NCBI GenBank assembly: GCA_965217865.1
Contig: CBDCJO010000002.1
Coordinates: 1,984,001-2,048,000 of the forward strand
Reading direction: 5' to 3'
DNA: 64,000 bases
Source of the DNA: Candidatus Latescibacterota bacterium
GTDB taxonomy: Bacteria > Latescibacterota > UBA2968 > SICM01
Position numbers and translations under genes: made by a program. The notes under the pieces were generated by a model that was given only the letters and a program-made list of their open reading frames with translations, searched no databases and had not been told where the DNA came from. Shown piece by piece: positions 41,965 through 51,779 of this stretch. Within the stretch, counting starts at the first letter, position 1. Each line of letters begins with the position of its first letter.

Positions 41965-42981
41965 ATGAAGGCCCTTTTCTATCTTGGCAACCAACAGGTT
42001 GAGCCCCGGGAGACGGATCCCACTAAACCCGGTCCAGGAGAAGTCCTCCTCAGGGTCAAACGTGCGGGAATCTGCGGGACAGACCTTCACATCTTCCAGG
42101 GACACATGGACAGACGGGTCAAACCCCCGATGGTTATGGGCCACGAAATGTGCGGGGAGGTGGCCGAAGTCTCGCAGGATGCGGAGGCATCGATCGGAGA
42201 GCGCGTGGTCGTGGAGCCGACCCTATTTTGCCGCCGCTGTCCGGCATGTCGGCGGGGGCACACCCACGTCTGCCAGAACCTCAACTTTATGGGGGCCGAT
42301 AGCACGGGGGCCTTCCAAGAGTACTGGTGCGTACCGCAGGACCGCCTGCACAGGATCCCCGACAACCTGGATGATGACGTGGGGGCTTTGATCGAGCCTC
42401 TTGCCGTGGCGATTCACGACATGCGTATGGCCCAGGTGGAAGTGGGAGATCGGGCGGTGGTGATTGGAGGGGGGCCGATCGGTCTCCTGGTCGCTCTGGC
42501 AGCCCGTCTGGACGGAGCAGAGGTCGTGATCTCGGAGGTCAATCCCTATCGCATCGAAATGGCACGTGCGTTCGGAATACAGGGGATAAATCCGAATGAG
42601 GATGATCTTAAAGCCTGGGTGGAGGATTGGACCGGTGGTGCGGGGGCTGACCTTGTGTTCGAGGTGAGCGGAAGTCCTGCGGGGGCCCGGGTCATGACCG
42701 ATCTCTTACGGGTGAGAGGAAAGGTCATCCTGATAGCCATCCACGCGGAGCCGCCGCCCGTCAATCTGCTTAAGTTTTTCTCTCGGGAACTCTCAATGAT
42801 CGCCTGCAGGGTATACGAGCCCATCGATTTTGAACGTGCGATCCGGATCGCCGCCTCAGGAGTAATCGACTTAAAGGGAATGATATCAAAGGTCATCCCC
42901 TTGACCGAAGCCGCTGAGGGGTTTGAGGATATGAACCGCGGGGGGGATGTCATGAAAATCCTGCTCGATTGTCAGGCGTGA
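41965..42981 (+). CDS. Zn-dependent sugar-acid/polyol dehydrogenase
   Basis: GICGTDLH, GHE, CRRCPAC...C, GGGPIG. Confidence 0.9.
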   Translation: MKALFYLGNQQVEPRETDPTKPGPGEVLLRVKRAGICGTDLHIFQGHMDRRVKPPMVMGHEMCGEVAEVSQDAEASIGERVVVEPTLFCRRCPACRRGHTHVCQNLNFMGADSTGAFQEYWCVPQDRLHRIPDNLDDDVGALIEPLAVAIHDMRMAQVEVGDRAVVIGGGPIGLLVALAARLDGAEVVISEVNPYRIEMARAFGIQGINPNEDDLKAWVEDWTGGAGADLVFEVSGSPAGARVMTDLLRVRGKVILIAIHAEPPPVNLLKFFSRELSMIACRVYEPIDFERAIRIAASGVIDLKGMISKVIPLTEAAEGFEDMNRGGDVMKILLDCQA

Positions 42982-43292
42982 AATCCCGATTTAGGGGCGT
43001 TGAGGATTGGGTCTCGTCCTGGTTTTAGTTCGCCGACCTCTGACCTCGTTTTTTTAGGTCTTCTTCTGTCTCCTGTATTCTGTATTCCGGCGGGGATGGG
43101 CGGAAGGGACTTCCTTCAATCGTCCATCGTCAATGGTCAATCGTCGATCTTCAATTTCCCTGGCCCCTGACCCCTTTGCTCTTTCTGCCACTGCCACCTG
43201 CTACTCCCTTTTGCCGTCTCACGGTTTTCCTGCTACTGCCACTGCCAACTGCTACTGCCTTTCCCTGACCCCTGACTTCCGACCTCCGACCC

Positions 43293-44063
43293 CTAGTACT
43301 TCAATATCCCCATCAACTCGTCATACACCTTCCCGTTCGTCGAGATGGCACTGCCCCCACGGTCGGTCACATTCCCATTCCAGTCCGTGAAGGTCCCCCC
43401 GGCCTCGAGGACAATCGGATAAAGAGCCGCGCTGTCCCAAACGTTCATAACCGGGTCCAGCATAACCTCCGCACGTCCGGTGGCCACCAAGACATGCCCG
43501 TAGCAGTCTCCCCAACCCCGACTGAGATTGGCCGCCACACACGCTCGAAAGTATCCGGGACCATAGCCCTCCTTAAAAATCCGCGGGATATCCGAGGTCA
43601 TCAGCAGGGACTCCGACATCCGGGTAACTTCGGATACACCCGTGGCCCTACCGTTCCAGAAGCACCCTTCCCCCCTTGCCGCGTAGACCATCTCTTTGAG
43701 GGCCGGAAAATTCGCAACGCCCATCACACACCTTCCCTCCTCTTCCATGCCGATCAGCGTCCCGAACAGGGGCACCCCGTGGATAAATGATTTCGTCCCG
43801 TCGATTGGATCAAGGATCCATCGACGACCGGAATGTCCTTCGAACTCTCCCCCCTCCTCACCCACGATGCCGTCATTCGGGAATTGATCTTGAATCAAGG
43901 TCCGTAATTGTTCTTCGGCCTCCCGGTCCGCGATCGTGACAGGCGACTTATCGGCTTTGGCTTCGACGGCGACTCCTGTTTGGTAGTAACGAAGGATGGT
44001 CTTTTCAGCCTGTGCCGCCGCGTCAACAGCAAAATCAAGCAGATTGCGCATTTCAGATGCCAT
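43293..44063 (-). CDS. hisN: Histidinol-phosphatase (inositol monophosphatase family)
   Basis: KADKSPVTIADR, GEE, WILDPIDGTKSF, GWGDCYG, WDSAA. Confidence 0.82.
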   Translation of the reverse strand: MASEMRNLLDFAVDAAAQAEKTILRYYQTGVAVEAKADKSPVTIADREAEEQLRTLIQDQFPNDGIVGEEGGEFEGHSGRRWILDPIDGTKSFIHGVPLFGTLIGMEEEGRCVMGVANFPALKEMVYAARGEGCFWNGRATGVSEVTRMSESLLMTSDIPRIFKEGYGPGYFRACVAANLSRGWGDCYGHVLVATGRAEVMLDPVMNVWDSAALYPIVLEAGGTFTDWNGNVTDRGGSAISTNGKVYDELMGILKY

Positions 44064-44123
44064 TGGTTTCCCTCTCATCCAATCCGGATATTCCTCCCGT
44101 AACAATCCCTCAGAGTACGGTCC

Positions 44124-44309
44124 TTAACGCTCCGAAACCAACTCCCCCCCGATGGACCAGTGATCTCGGGAGACCTCTTCGAGAACGACCATCGTCCCAT
44201 CCCGGGGAGCGCCGCAAATCTCAACGATGTCATTCGTAATGGCCTTTACCAGTCTCTGTTTCTGTTCATTCGAACGACCTTCCAGCATCTTCACGGATAT
44301 AAAAGGCAT
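44124..44309 (-). CDS. 4-oxalocrotonate tautomerase family protein
   Basis: N-terminal Pro: MPFISVKMLEGRSNEQK...HWSIGG. Confidence 0.9.
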   Translation of the reverse strand: MPFISVKMLEGRSNEQKQRLVKAITNDIVEICGAPRDGTMVVLEEVSRDHWSIGGELVSER

Positions 44310-44552
44310 ACAGGACACCTCCACGACGCATTGTTGATAGGTGGGTTAGTTTTTACATTACAACTTTTATGCAAGATGCGTACATCTTTTTCTGGGTGCT
44401 TCTGAGCAAATTGAAATAGTTCAAATCACGAATGTCATCCTGAGCCCCTTCGGCTCACTTCGTTCGCTCAGGATATACTCCGGCGAAGCTTTGTCCTGAG
44501 CGGAGTGGCCGTTCTTTGGCCACGGAGTCGAAGGGAATCTCGGTTTTTATTT

Positions 44553-45110
44553 CTAATCTTTGTCAGAAGAGGTGAGGGGCATATCTGAAGAAACGGTCAA
44601 CCATTTGATGGAAGTGTTCGGGTAAATCCGGCCTGCTTCTTCGTAATCCTTGATCCAGACATCCGCTTTTATAAAATAACCTTCTTTCACCCACTTACAC
44701 GAGTGCCATCCGCCTGCTTCATTTTCTTTGGAAACAGACTGATGCGAACCAATCCGGTCCATGAGTTGGAAGATATCCATCTCCGGCGAAACGCCGAATA
44801 CAACTTTCGCATCTGAAGTCACCCAGTTATCGTGGCCGTAATTTCCCTTAAAATTAAATTTAGTGATCTTCAGAGTGGAGTCGAAAACCACGGAAAGCCC
44901 CGACGCCGGGAACCACTCGATACTTCCCTCGGCATTCATGGGATCACGGTAGGCATTCTCAGGAGGACCAAGGATCTTGTGAGCCGTTTCAACCGAATCG
45001 CCAAGTCGAAGAGGGTAATTCCAGATATCATCCGTGCATGAAACCAAAAGACAACACACCCAAAAGGATCTGAACAAAGTCCCTCCCGATTTTGTTTTTC
45101 TCTGTTTCAT
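44553..45110 (-). CDS. Hypothetical lipoprotein
   Basis: LLVSC lipobox-like motif; LGDS...ILGPP repeats. Confidence 0.65.
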   Translation of the reverse strand: MKQRKTKSGGTLFRSFWVCCLLVSCTDDIWNYPLRLGDSVETAHKILGPPENAYRDPMNAEGSIEWFPASGLSVVFDSTLKITKFNFKGNYGHDNWVTSDAKVVFGVSPEMDIFQLMDRIGSHQSVSKENEAGGWHSCKWVKEGYFIKADVWIKDYEEAGRIYPNTSIKWLTVSSDMPLTSSDKD

Positions 45111-45191
45111 AGCCGTTGGACATGCCTCATGATTATTATTTCTCTTTGTACGATTTTTAGGGATAACCGAGGTCCCGCCACAATTTAAGAA

Positions 45192-45749
45192 TCACGCGAT
45201 CTTAACCACATCTCCAACTCGGATCGCGCCGGACTGAACGACCTTGGCATTGATGCCGCGCAGATGAAGCTGCTTGCCAACCTGGGAATCGACAAACTTC
45301 TTCGCATCCGGTCCAAAACGCTCCACAAATTTTTTACAGCCCGTATGAGGTTGGTCGGTGACCTCGATCACGGCCGATCCTAGGGCCAATCGTGTCCCCG
45401 GAGGCAAGTTCTCTTCGCTCAAATCCAGGTCCATAAAAAGCTGATCCCCTGCCAAAGGCCATCGATCTTTATCCTGCGCCACCAGCGCGATCACGCGGGA
45501 ATTCATAATGGTGAGCTGCTTGTCGGGATGCGCCGTTCCATCCGGTCTACTGGCACTGCCTCGGGTACTCCAATTGTCACCCACGAGGCCTTCCCCAAGA
45601 TCGAGTTCTCCCTTTTCCAGAACTTCCCGCTCCTCCGTCTGCGGTCGTCGCACGATTAACTCCAAGACACCTTTATTCTTGGGCGACGGGCGGGACTCGT
45701 TCCACCTTGCATCAAGCTCATCCAGAGACAAATGCTTCGTTTGGTCCAT
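45192..45749 (-). CDS. MOSC-domain protein
   Basis: GLVGDNW, LAGDQL, PHTGCKKF, LRGINA. Confidence 0.88.
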   Translation of the reverse strand: MDQTKHLSLDELDARWNESRPSPKNKGVLELIVRRPQTEEREVLEKGELDLGEGLVGDNWSTRGSASRPDGTAHPDKQLTIMNSRVIALVAQDKDRWPLAGDQLFMDLDLSEENLPPGTRLALGSAVIEVTDQPHTGCKKFVERFGPDAKKFVDSQVGKQLHLRGINAKVVQSGAIRVGDVVKIA

Positions 45750-45833
45750 GGGGCCTCTCTGTTCTACCTGTGGCGTATCTGTTGCGTGGAATTGGTTTTT
45801 GCCGCTAGGCAGGAAGGCTCGGCACGTGGAGCG

Positions 45834-46832
45834 TCAGGCCCGCATGAACTCAGCGACATCAATCGGCTCTCCCCCTCTGCGAGCCGATTCCCATCCTGCC
45901 AGGATGGGAGCGATAGAATAGAGACCATCGTGATAATCGTTCAACAATGCGCTGCCGTCCCCGGTACGAACGGCCTCGCAGAATCGGCTGTCGAGCTCGA
46001 ACCAGGGGTTGAATTTCTCTCCTTCGAACACCCTTTCTCCATTCATTTCGATGTAGTCATAGTTGTGGACACCGACGTACCCGCCCTCGTAGTAAAAGAG
46101 GAAGAAAGGCTCGTTCGCTGGTGTGCACGGAGACGCTGACAGAAAGCTCATCGTCATCGTTGCGCCGTTAGACATGACGAAATTAAAGGAGGCCGAAACC
46201 GGCACCTTGTAATGCTCCGGCTGGTTGAAGAACGCCTGCACGGTCGCCACATCGAGTCCCGTCATGAAACGTGAATAGTCCACGGGATGAGGGCCATAAT
46301 CGAAGAAAGGGACGCCCCCCTTTTCCAGCACACCGTTCCACTCACCCGTGGCCGGCGGTTTGGGTAGGTCCTCCACGTTCTGATAACGCACGTGGACCAC
46401 CTCCCTGTCCTTCAACAGACGACGTGCTTCCTGAAAGATAGGCCTGTAGCGCTCGCGAAAGCAGACGGTGCTGAGTACGCCCGCCTCCCGGACGGCATCG
46501 TCTATCCGTCGTGCTATTTTCATCTCCATGGCCTGGGGCTTTTCGCTGAAAAGATGGATGCCCTTCGAGGCCGCCGTCGATTCCACGTCGGTGCGCGCAT
46601 AGGCCGGAACGATAGACCACAGAGCGTCCATCGATTCCCTTTCCAGCATTTCGTGCCCGTCCGTATACACGTGGGGTATACCGAAACTTGCCGCTGTGTC
46701 CCGGGCGGCCTGTTCGTTTACGTCGCATACGGCGACGATGGCGACATCGTCGATCCGTGTCAGGTTCGGCAGATGCTGCTTGTTGGCAAAATTGCCCGCG
46801 CCGAAGATGCCGACCCGGATGGTCCGTCCCAT
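45834..46832 (-). CDS. Gfo/Idh/MocA oxidoreductase
   Basis: GAGNFA, EKP, DYGPH. Confidence 0.88.
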   Translation of the reverse strand: MGRTIRVGIFGAGNFANKQHLPNLTRIDDVAIVAVCDVNEQAARDTAASFGIPHVYTDGHEMLERESMDALWSIVPAYARTDVESTAASKGIHLFSEKPQAMEMKIARRIDDAVREAGVLSTVCFRERYRPIFQEARRLLKDREVVHVRYQNVEDLPKPPATGEWNGVLEKGGVPFFDYGPHPVDYSRFMTGLDVATVQAFFNQPEHYKVPVSASFNFVMSNGATMTMSFLSASPCTPANEPFFLFYYEGGYVGVHNYDYIEMNGERVFEGEKFNPWFELDSRFCEAVRTGDGSALLNDYHDGLYSIAPILAGWESARRGGEPIDVAEFMRA

Positions 46833-48176
46833 ACTCGATAAATCCTTTCACGTTCTGTTGGGGGCCGAACCATACTCGGCACCCTCGCTCGACGAGCAGA
46901 CTGACGGTAGACGACTCAGAACAAAATAATTTATGGTCCGATTGTCAACTTCATTTGTAGCAGGGGAAAACAGGACGTTCGTCGTTTAATGAACCCCGAA
47001 GGGGTTGCCCGATAGGGGCAGCGGAATATGCCCAGTAGCATTAACCCTTTGCTGGCAGAATGCACCCAACAACAGTACCTTGTAATGGATCCAACCCAAT
47101 TGTGAACACGTGTTCACAATTCCAAACGTGGCCGGGCAAATTGTCGTGGATCAACCGGCTGATTTGCGGTTGTAGGTCTCCATAAGAACGGCCTCCATCG
47201 CCAGCCGGGGGTGCTCCTTACCTGAAGCCAGGGCCTTGGCGATCTCTGTGCGTAATATACTGTATTGCGATAACTTAAATCTCATTATGTCCGAACGGTC
47301 GGATTTGGTCGACGTTTCAAACTGCCACTGCTACTGCTTTTTCCCCCTGACCTCCGACCTCTGGCCCCTGACCTCTGCCTTTCCTTTTCCTGCCACTGCC
47401 ACTGCCTTTGTTTTCCCTGACCTCTGACCCCTTATCAATTCTGCACGCGCGTGCAGAATTAACCATGTAAACCTCTGTTATATGTAACGACTTAAATAAT
47501 TGCGCATAGAATTTTGGAGAGCTTTGCTTAAACGGGCCTCCTCCTTTTTCTGAACCCAATGCCTGACCGATCTCCGTGCGTAGTATTTTGATCGACGCTT
47601 CACGCCGCCACTGCTACTGCCCTTTCTCGTCTCTCTCGCGTTTCACGGTTTTATCAATCTTCAATTATCCTCGATCTTCAATTCCCACTGGCTCTACCTT
47701 TGTCTTTCCTGCTACAGCCCTTCCTGACCCCTACCATGCTGTTGCTTTTTCCTGCTACTGCTTTTCACGTTTCACGTCCCACGTTTGACGTTTGACGGCC
47801 TTTCATGTATACGCAATTAATTATGACGCATAGGGTGAGTTGCTCAAGCAAAATATATGAGATCGAGTTGAGTAAGATCGCAGCTCTATTCAGGAATCCA
47901 AATACAGCCGCAGCCCTATCGGTAGATGCCATGCTGGGATTGCCCTACATCAGGATGTTCTCTTCTCTCTTATGGCCAGTGCTCGCTTGTAAAGAGGCTC
48001 GGCCCTGTGTATACTTGCCTTGGATATTGTAAATTTCAGCAAGGTTATTCAGGGAGGTCGCCGTAGAGGGATGGTCTGGGCCGAACAGCCAAATTTAAAA
48101 GCCTTTTTCGCGACCTCAAGGGCTTCGTCATACCGGCCCTCATTGTAGAGTTTCTCCGCTTTTGTGTTGAGGGCAT

Positions 48177-49352
48177 TCAACACCTCCTCTTGAGCATCTC
48201 TCCAGCGTGCTTGGCTCGGATCGCTTTGGCGCGAGCCTCCATTTCTTCCGCGTTGGCAGTGCGTTGCGTCTCCCGTAGCAGGGCCGCGTAGTTCTCCAGG
48301 CTGGTGGCCACAAGGGATTGGTCTGGTCCCAGCGCTTTTCGCTTCGCGGCCCAGCGAGCCGGAAGGACGGCCAGCCAGCCCGACCGCGTAATCTCGTATA
48401 TTTCCAGGGCCCTGATGTAGAGGGGCTCGGCCTTGACATAGTGACCCTGGGTCTTATAAAGTCCCCCCAGATTGTTCAAGGAGATCGCCACATCGGGATG
48501 GTCTTTGCCCAGGGACTTCTCCCTTATTGCCAATGCCCGCTTGTGAAGAGCCTCGGCTTCCGCATACTGGGCATGGGAACAATAAAGTGCCGCCAGGTTG
48601 TTCAGGGACAGCGCCACAAGGGGATGGTTTTTACCCAGGGACTTCTCCCGTATGGCCAGGGACCGTTTGTGAAGGGGCTCAGCTTCGGCATACCGCCCCT
48701 GGGAATCATAAAGTAGCGCCAGATTGTTCAGGGACTGTGCCACATCGGGATGGTCTTTGCCCAGGGACTTCTCCCTTATTGCCAATGCCCGCTTGTGAAG
48801 AGCCTCGGCTTCCGCATACTGGGCATGGGAACAATAAAGTGCCGCCAGGTTGTTCAGGGACAGCGCCAAATGGGGATGGTCTGGTCCCAGCGCCATCTCG
48901 TATATTGCCAGTAACCGCTTGTAAAGGGGCTGGTCGTGCGCTTGGAGGTCTGCCCCCTGCAGATCGGCAGCCCAGAGGTTTACCTTGTGTAGATTTGCCC
49001 CTTTCAGATTGGCCTTCATGAAGACCCCTTCGAGGTAGACATTATGAGGCTTTATTCCCTTTTTCCGGTTCTTCTCACGTATCTTCTTCAATTCCTCGGG
49101 GGTCACCTTGCGCAGCTGCTCCGACTTAAAGACATGCTTTTTCAGGTCAGACCAGTTGTCAAAGCCATATTCACGGGCTATGACAAGCTGTGCATTGCGC
49201 AAACCAAACTTGGAAAGACTGGAAAAACTGGGATGCAATTTCTTTATTTTGGATAATACTTCAGAATTGCCGGCTTGGTAGGATTTTAGGAGCGTTTTGG
49301 CTTGATTCTTGAGATTTTCCAGGCTGGGATTGGTAGGAAGGTGTGAAGACAT
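48177..49352 (-). CDS. Fusion of an LPxxPSLE...AREYGFxxW helical domain, pentapeptide repeats and kinesin-light-chain-type TPRs
   Basis: Motifs visible in the translation; 42-aa repeats SLNNLA.LY...Y.EAE.L.KRAL.IREK.LG.DHP. Confidence 0.85.
   Translation of the reverse strand: MSSHLPTNPSLENLKNQAKTLLKSYQAGNSEVLSKIKKLHPSFSSLSKFGLRNAQLVIAREYGFDNWSDLKKHVFKSEQLRKVTPEELKKIREKNRKKGIKPHNVYLEGVFMKANLKGANLHKVNLWAADLQGADLQAHDQPLYKRLLAIYEMALGPDHPHLALSLNNLAALYCSHAQYAEAEALHKRALAIREKSLGKDHPDVAQSLNNLALLYDSQGRYAEAEPLHKRSLAIREKSLGKNHPLVALSLNNLAALYCSHAQYAEAEALHKRALAIREKSLGKDHPDVAISLNNLGGLYKTQGHYVKAEPLYIRALEIYEITRSGWLAVLPARWAAKRKALGPDQSLVATSLENYAALLRETQRTANAEEMEARAKAIRAKHAGEMLKRRC
48487..48868. repeat. Identical ~130-bp direct repeat inside the TPR gene (period 252 bp)
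   Basis: 48487-48616 equals 48739-48868 by eye. Confidence 0.85.
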
Positions 49353-49477
49353 GGCAACCCTCTTTCTTTGAATATGCCTGTTGCCCGCTTAGCCAGGCAG
49401 AAAGAAGGTACAGAAATTTGGAAGGAGATGGGCTTAACCCTTGCCGCGGGCGGGTGGCTTTCTTGAAGCACTAATTG

Positions 49478-49506
49478 AAGTTAGCTCTACTCATTACCAA
49501 AGTCAA
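49478..49506 (-). promoter_or_regulatory. Sigma70 promoter preceding a ~120-nt structured leader
   Basis: TTGACT-17-TAACTT. Confidence 0.65.
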
Positions 49507-49572
49507 GCGAATTATTCCCATCCTCTCGCAGCATGAGGAAGGGGCCGCATCGGGGGATATGGCCGCAATGGC

Positions 49573-49652
49573 TCATAACGTTCAGTGGCTCACGAACCCG
49601 CGATAGTGGGTTGGTGCGGAGCGAAGCGGAGCCGTGAGCCACATGTTATGGG
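49573..49652 (-). other. attC recombination site
   Basis: CCCATAAC-AT-GTGGCTCACG...CGTGAGCCAC-TGAAC-GTTATGA. R'' is complementary to the cassette start GTTATGGG at 50718. Confidence 0.88.
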
Positions 49653-49670
49653 AAGTACCGCCATCGACAT

Positions 49671-50666
49671 TTAGGAATCAAACACGTTCATCTGTAGTAA
49701 CTCGGGCCAGAAGAGATTCTGAAGATCGGCCAGAGAATGGATTGGAGGAGATCCCGCCTCGCGGTAGAAATCTCGAAGCCAGCCCAGGGCCCTATAGCTA
49801 TGAAGGTAGAATGCTAAGCAGCTTCGGCGGAAATCCTCCTGCATCCTTTCGGTTGGATCATAGGCTCTCATGAATGCTTTCATGGCATCAACATCTCTTT
49901 CAAAGGTCCAGAACCAAAGATCAACCCAGTCATATCCGGCAGGAGCAATCATCGCATCAGCCACATCGATTATCCCTGAAATAACCCAACTTCCACCGCT
50001 CCGCGCGAGAATCAGATGATCTCCCGTCAAATCAGCATGCGCAAGGACATTGGGACCATCCAGGTATTCGTGTGAAGTACATAGAGCGAAATTCTCGATT
50101 TCATCTATCACGGCTGAAGGTAACTCACTAAATCCCTTGATTTCGCCCAGAAATTCCCTGAGCCTCGCACTGCACAGCTCTCCCCAGGTTTTTCCGACCT
50201 GTTGGACCCTGTTTTTCACGGAATGGTCGCATTTATGAAACTGGAGAAGGCACTGTCCCAACTCAGCACCGATCCGACGTAACTCACCTGCTGTCAGTTG
50301 ATGCTTTACGCTGGAAAAAGGCTCTCCCGAGATGAATTCCATAACTATGTACGACCATCCTTCATCCAGCCCATAGGTATTAGCGGATATCAGATCAGGT
50401 AGCGGTACTCCGTCCATCTTTCGCGATCCCTCCAAAACCGCACTTTCAACCTCATACTCCATTCTTTGATCGCTTCCGAAAACTTTCACCACGCAATACT
50501 CATCAAGAACAAAGATCAAGTTATTGGAGAACTCAATCCTTGACTTGGAGTATTTGATGCCTTCAATCGCAGCTATCTCCGCACAAACTGACTCTGCGAG
50601 GTGGGGATCGTCACGAAGTCGATCCCACGCAGTTTGTCCTTTCGCAGATCCCAACGCTCCGTTCAT
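49671..50666 (-). CDS. Aminoglycoside phosphotransferase-family kinase, gene cassette
   Basis: VVKVF, YIVMEFISG, HADLTGDH, GIIDVAD. Bounded by an attI-like site and an attC. Confidence 0.8.
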   Translation of the reverse strand: MNGALGSAKGQTAWDRLRDDPHLAESVCAEIAAIEGIKYSKSRIEFSNNLIFVLDEYCVVKVFGSDQRMEYEVESAVLEGSRKMDGVPLPDLISANTYGLDEGWSYIVMEFISGEPFSSVKHQLTAGELRRIGAELGQCLLQFHKCDHSVKNRVQQVGKTWGELCSARLREFLGEIKGFSELPSAVIDEIENFALCTSHEYLDGPNVLAHADLTGDHLILARSGGSWVISGIIDVADAMIAPAGYDWVDLWFWTFERDVDAMKAFMRAYDPTERMQEDFRRSCLAFYLHSYRALGWLRDFYREAGSPPIHSLADLQNLFWPELLQMNVFDS

Positions 50667-50711
50667 ATTCGTTGTGCTCTCAGCTGTTGCCTTGGTTTAC
50701 GGCGGCATCTC

Positions 50712-50825
50712 CCATAACTTACGGTATTCCCGAACTCCTACGTAGATTCCTTAATTTCGGGATAATCCCCGCCTTTCGCAGATACCTCCCCACGAAAAAG
50801 ATACCGGTATATGTTCGCAGATGCC
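50712..50825 (-). other. attI-like site, locus B
   Basis: GTAGGAGTTCGGGAATACCGTAA|GTTATGG, paralogous to 6091-6200. Confidence 0.7.
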
Positions 50826-50845
50826 TTCCTATAGGAGAAACCGTC

Positions 50846-51110
50846 TTAGGATGAACTCACCTTTGACAACTGCATTAAACTATCCAGAGGACTCTGAATC
50901 TTTCCGATATCTCGGGTTGTTACCCTTACAGTCTTTTCTATTCCTACCTTTACATATGCCCGTTCGAATATCTTTTGCACAGAACGCTCGTGGGGGTATC
51001 GTCCTGAACGTCGTAGTTCCTCTCATGACTGGCAACCTTCAACCCGATTGCTGTGTCCCAAAAGTGTGCAATCAAAGGTATCGTTTGGTGGGCCTTCCAT
51101 GATGTTAGCA
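50846..51110 (-). pseudogene. Internally deleted integron-type integrase relic, locus B
   Basis: HERSVQKIFERAYVKVGIEKTVRV|TTRDIGKIQSPLDSL with the terminal SPLD motif. Confidence 0.72.
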
Positions 51111-51258
51111 CATATCCTGAACAACACCCAGAAAAGCCAGCATTAAAGAATTTTAATGCTGACTTAATTCTATTTTAATCTTCCATTGCTATATTTAGAA
51201 TTGTCTGTTTCAGCCCGAATTTTCTTATTTTAACTTACCCTCATTCCTGGAGGTTGAT

Positions 51259-51591
51259 ATGTTCCAGAAAATTGGTGCCCGTGCAGCCATAGCAACAGTA
51301 ATTGCTATAGCCGGCTTATTTGCTGCTTGCAGCCAAACACCAACGGGTCCTCCATTTGCACATAAAGCGGCGTCTGGCCCTATAACTGCCGATCAGGCTA
51401 AATCGATTTCGGCACAAGCCTTAGGAGGAACGGCGCTTTCGGTTAAGCAGGAAATTGACGACGAAGACGGAGAGCAGGTCTTCGAGGTTAAAGTTCAGGT
51501 GACAAGCCCTCGATTTATGATCAAGGAGGTAGAAATCAGAATTTCGGACGGAGCCGTCCTGGAAATTGAGAATGCCGATAACGATGACTAA
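51259..51591 (+). CDS. PepSY-domain lipoprotein
   Basis: RBS GGAGG, FAAC lipobox, ITADQAKSI...VFEVKV...EVEIRISDGAVL. Confidence 0.82.
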   Translation: MFQKIGARAAIATVIAIAGLFAACSQTPTGPPFAHKAASGPITADQAKSISAQALGGTALSVKQEIDDEDGEQVFEVKVQVTSPRFMIKEVEIRISDGAVLEIENADNDD

Positions 51592-51779
51592 GTCCGATCT
51601 TTTCTTCCGTTAAGGTTACCACATATCACACTAAAGTCTAGGCAATAAAGGAGTTATAACCAAATCCCGCGTCAGTATTGGGATTGGCGATAACCTCTTT
51701 CCAATTTTACGAATAAAAAAAGCGTTCAACTCAAAAGCTGAACGCGATGACTTTTTCCCCTGGCTTTTGGACTCGGGCT

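Noticed and set aside
48487-48868. DGR template/variable repeat pair
   Set aside because: The copies are identical in-frame TPR duplications with no adenine-specific differences and no reverse transcriptase nearby.
50821-51102. Plus-strand 93-aa ORF as a divergent intI
   Set aside because: It has no integrase motifs and is broken in the paralogous copy; the coding signal is on the minus strand.
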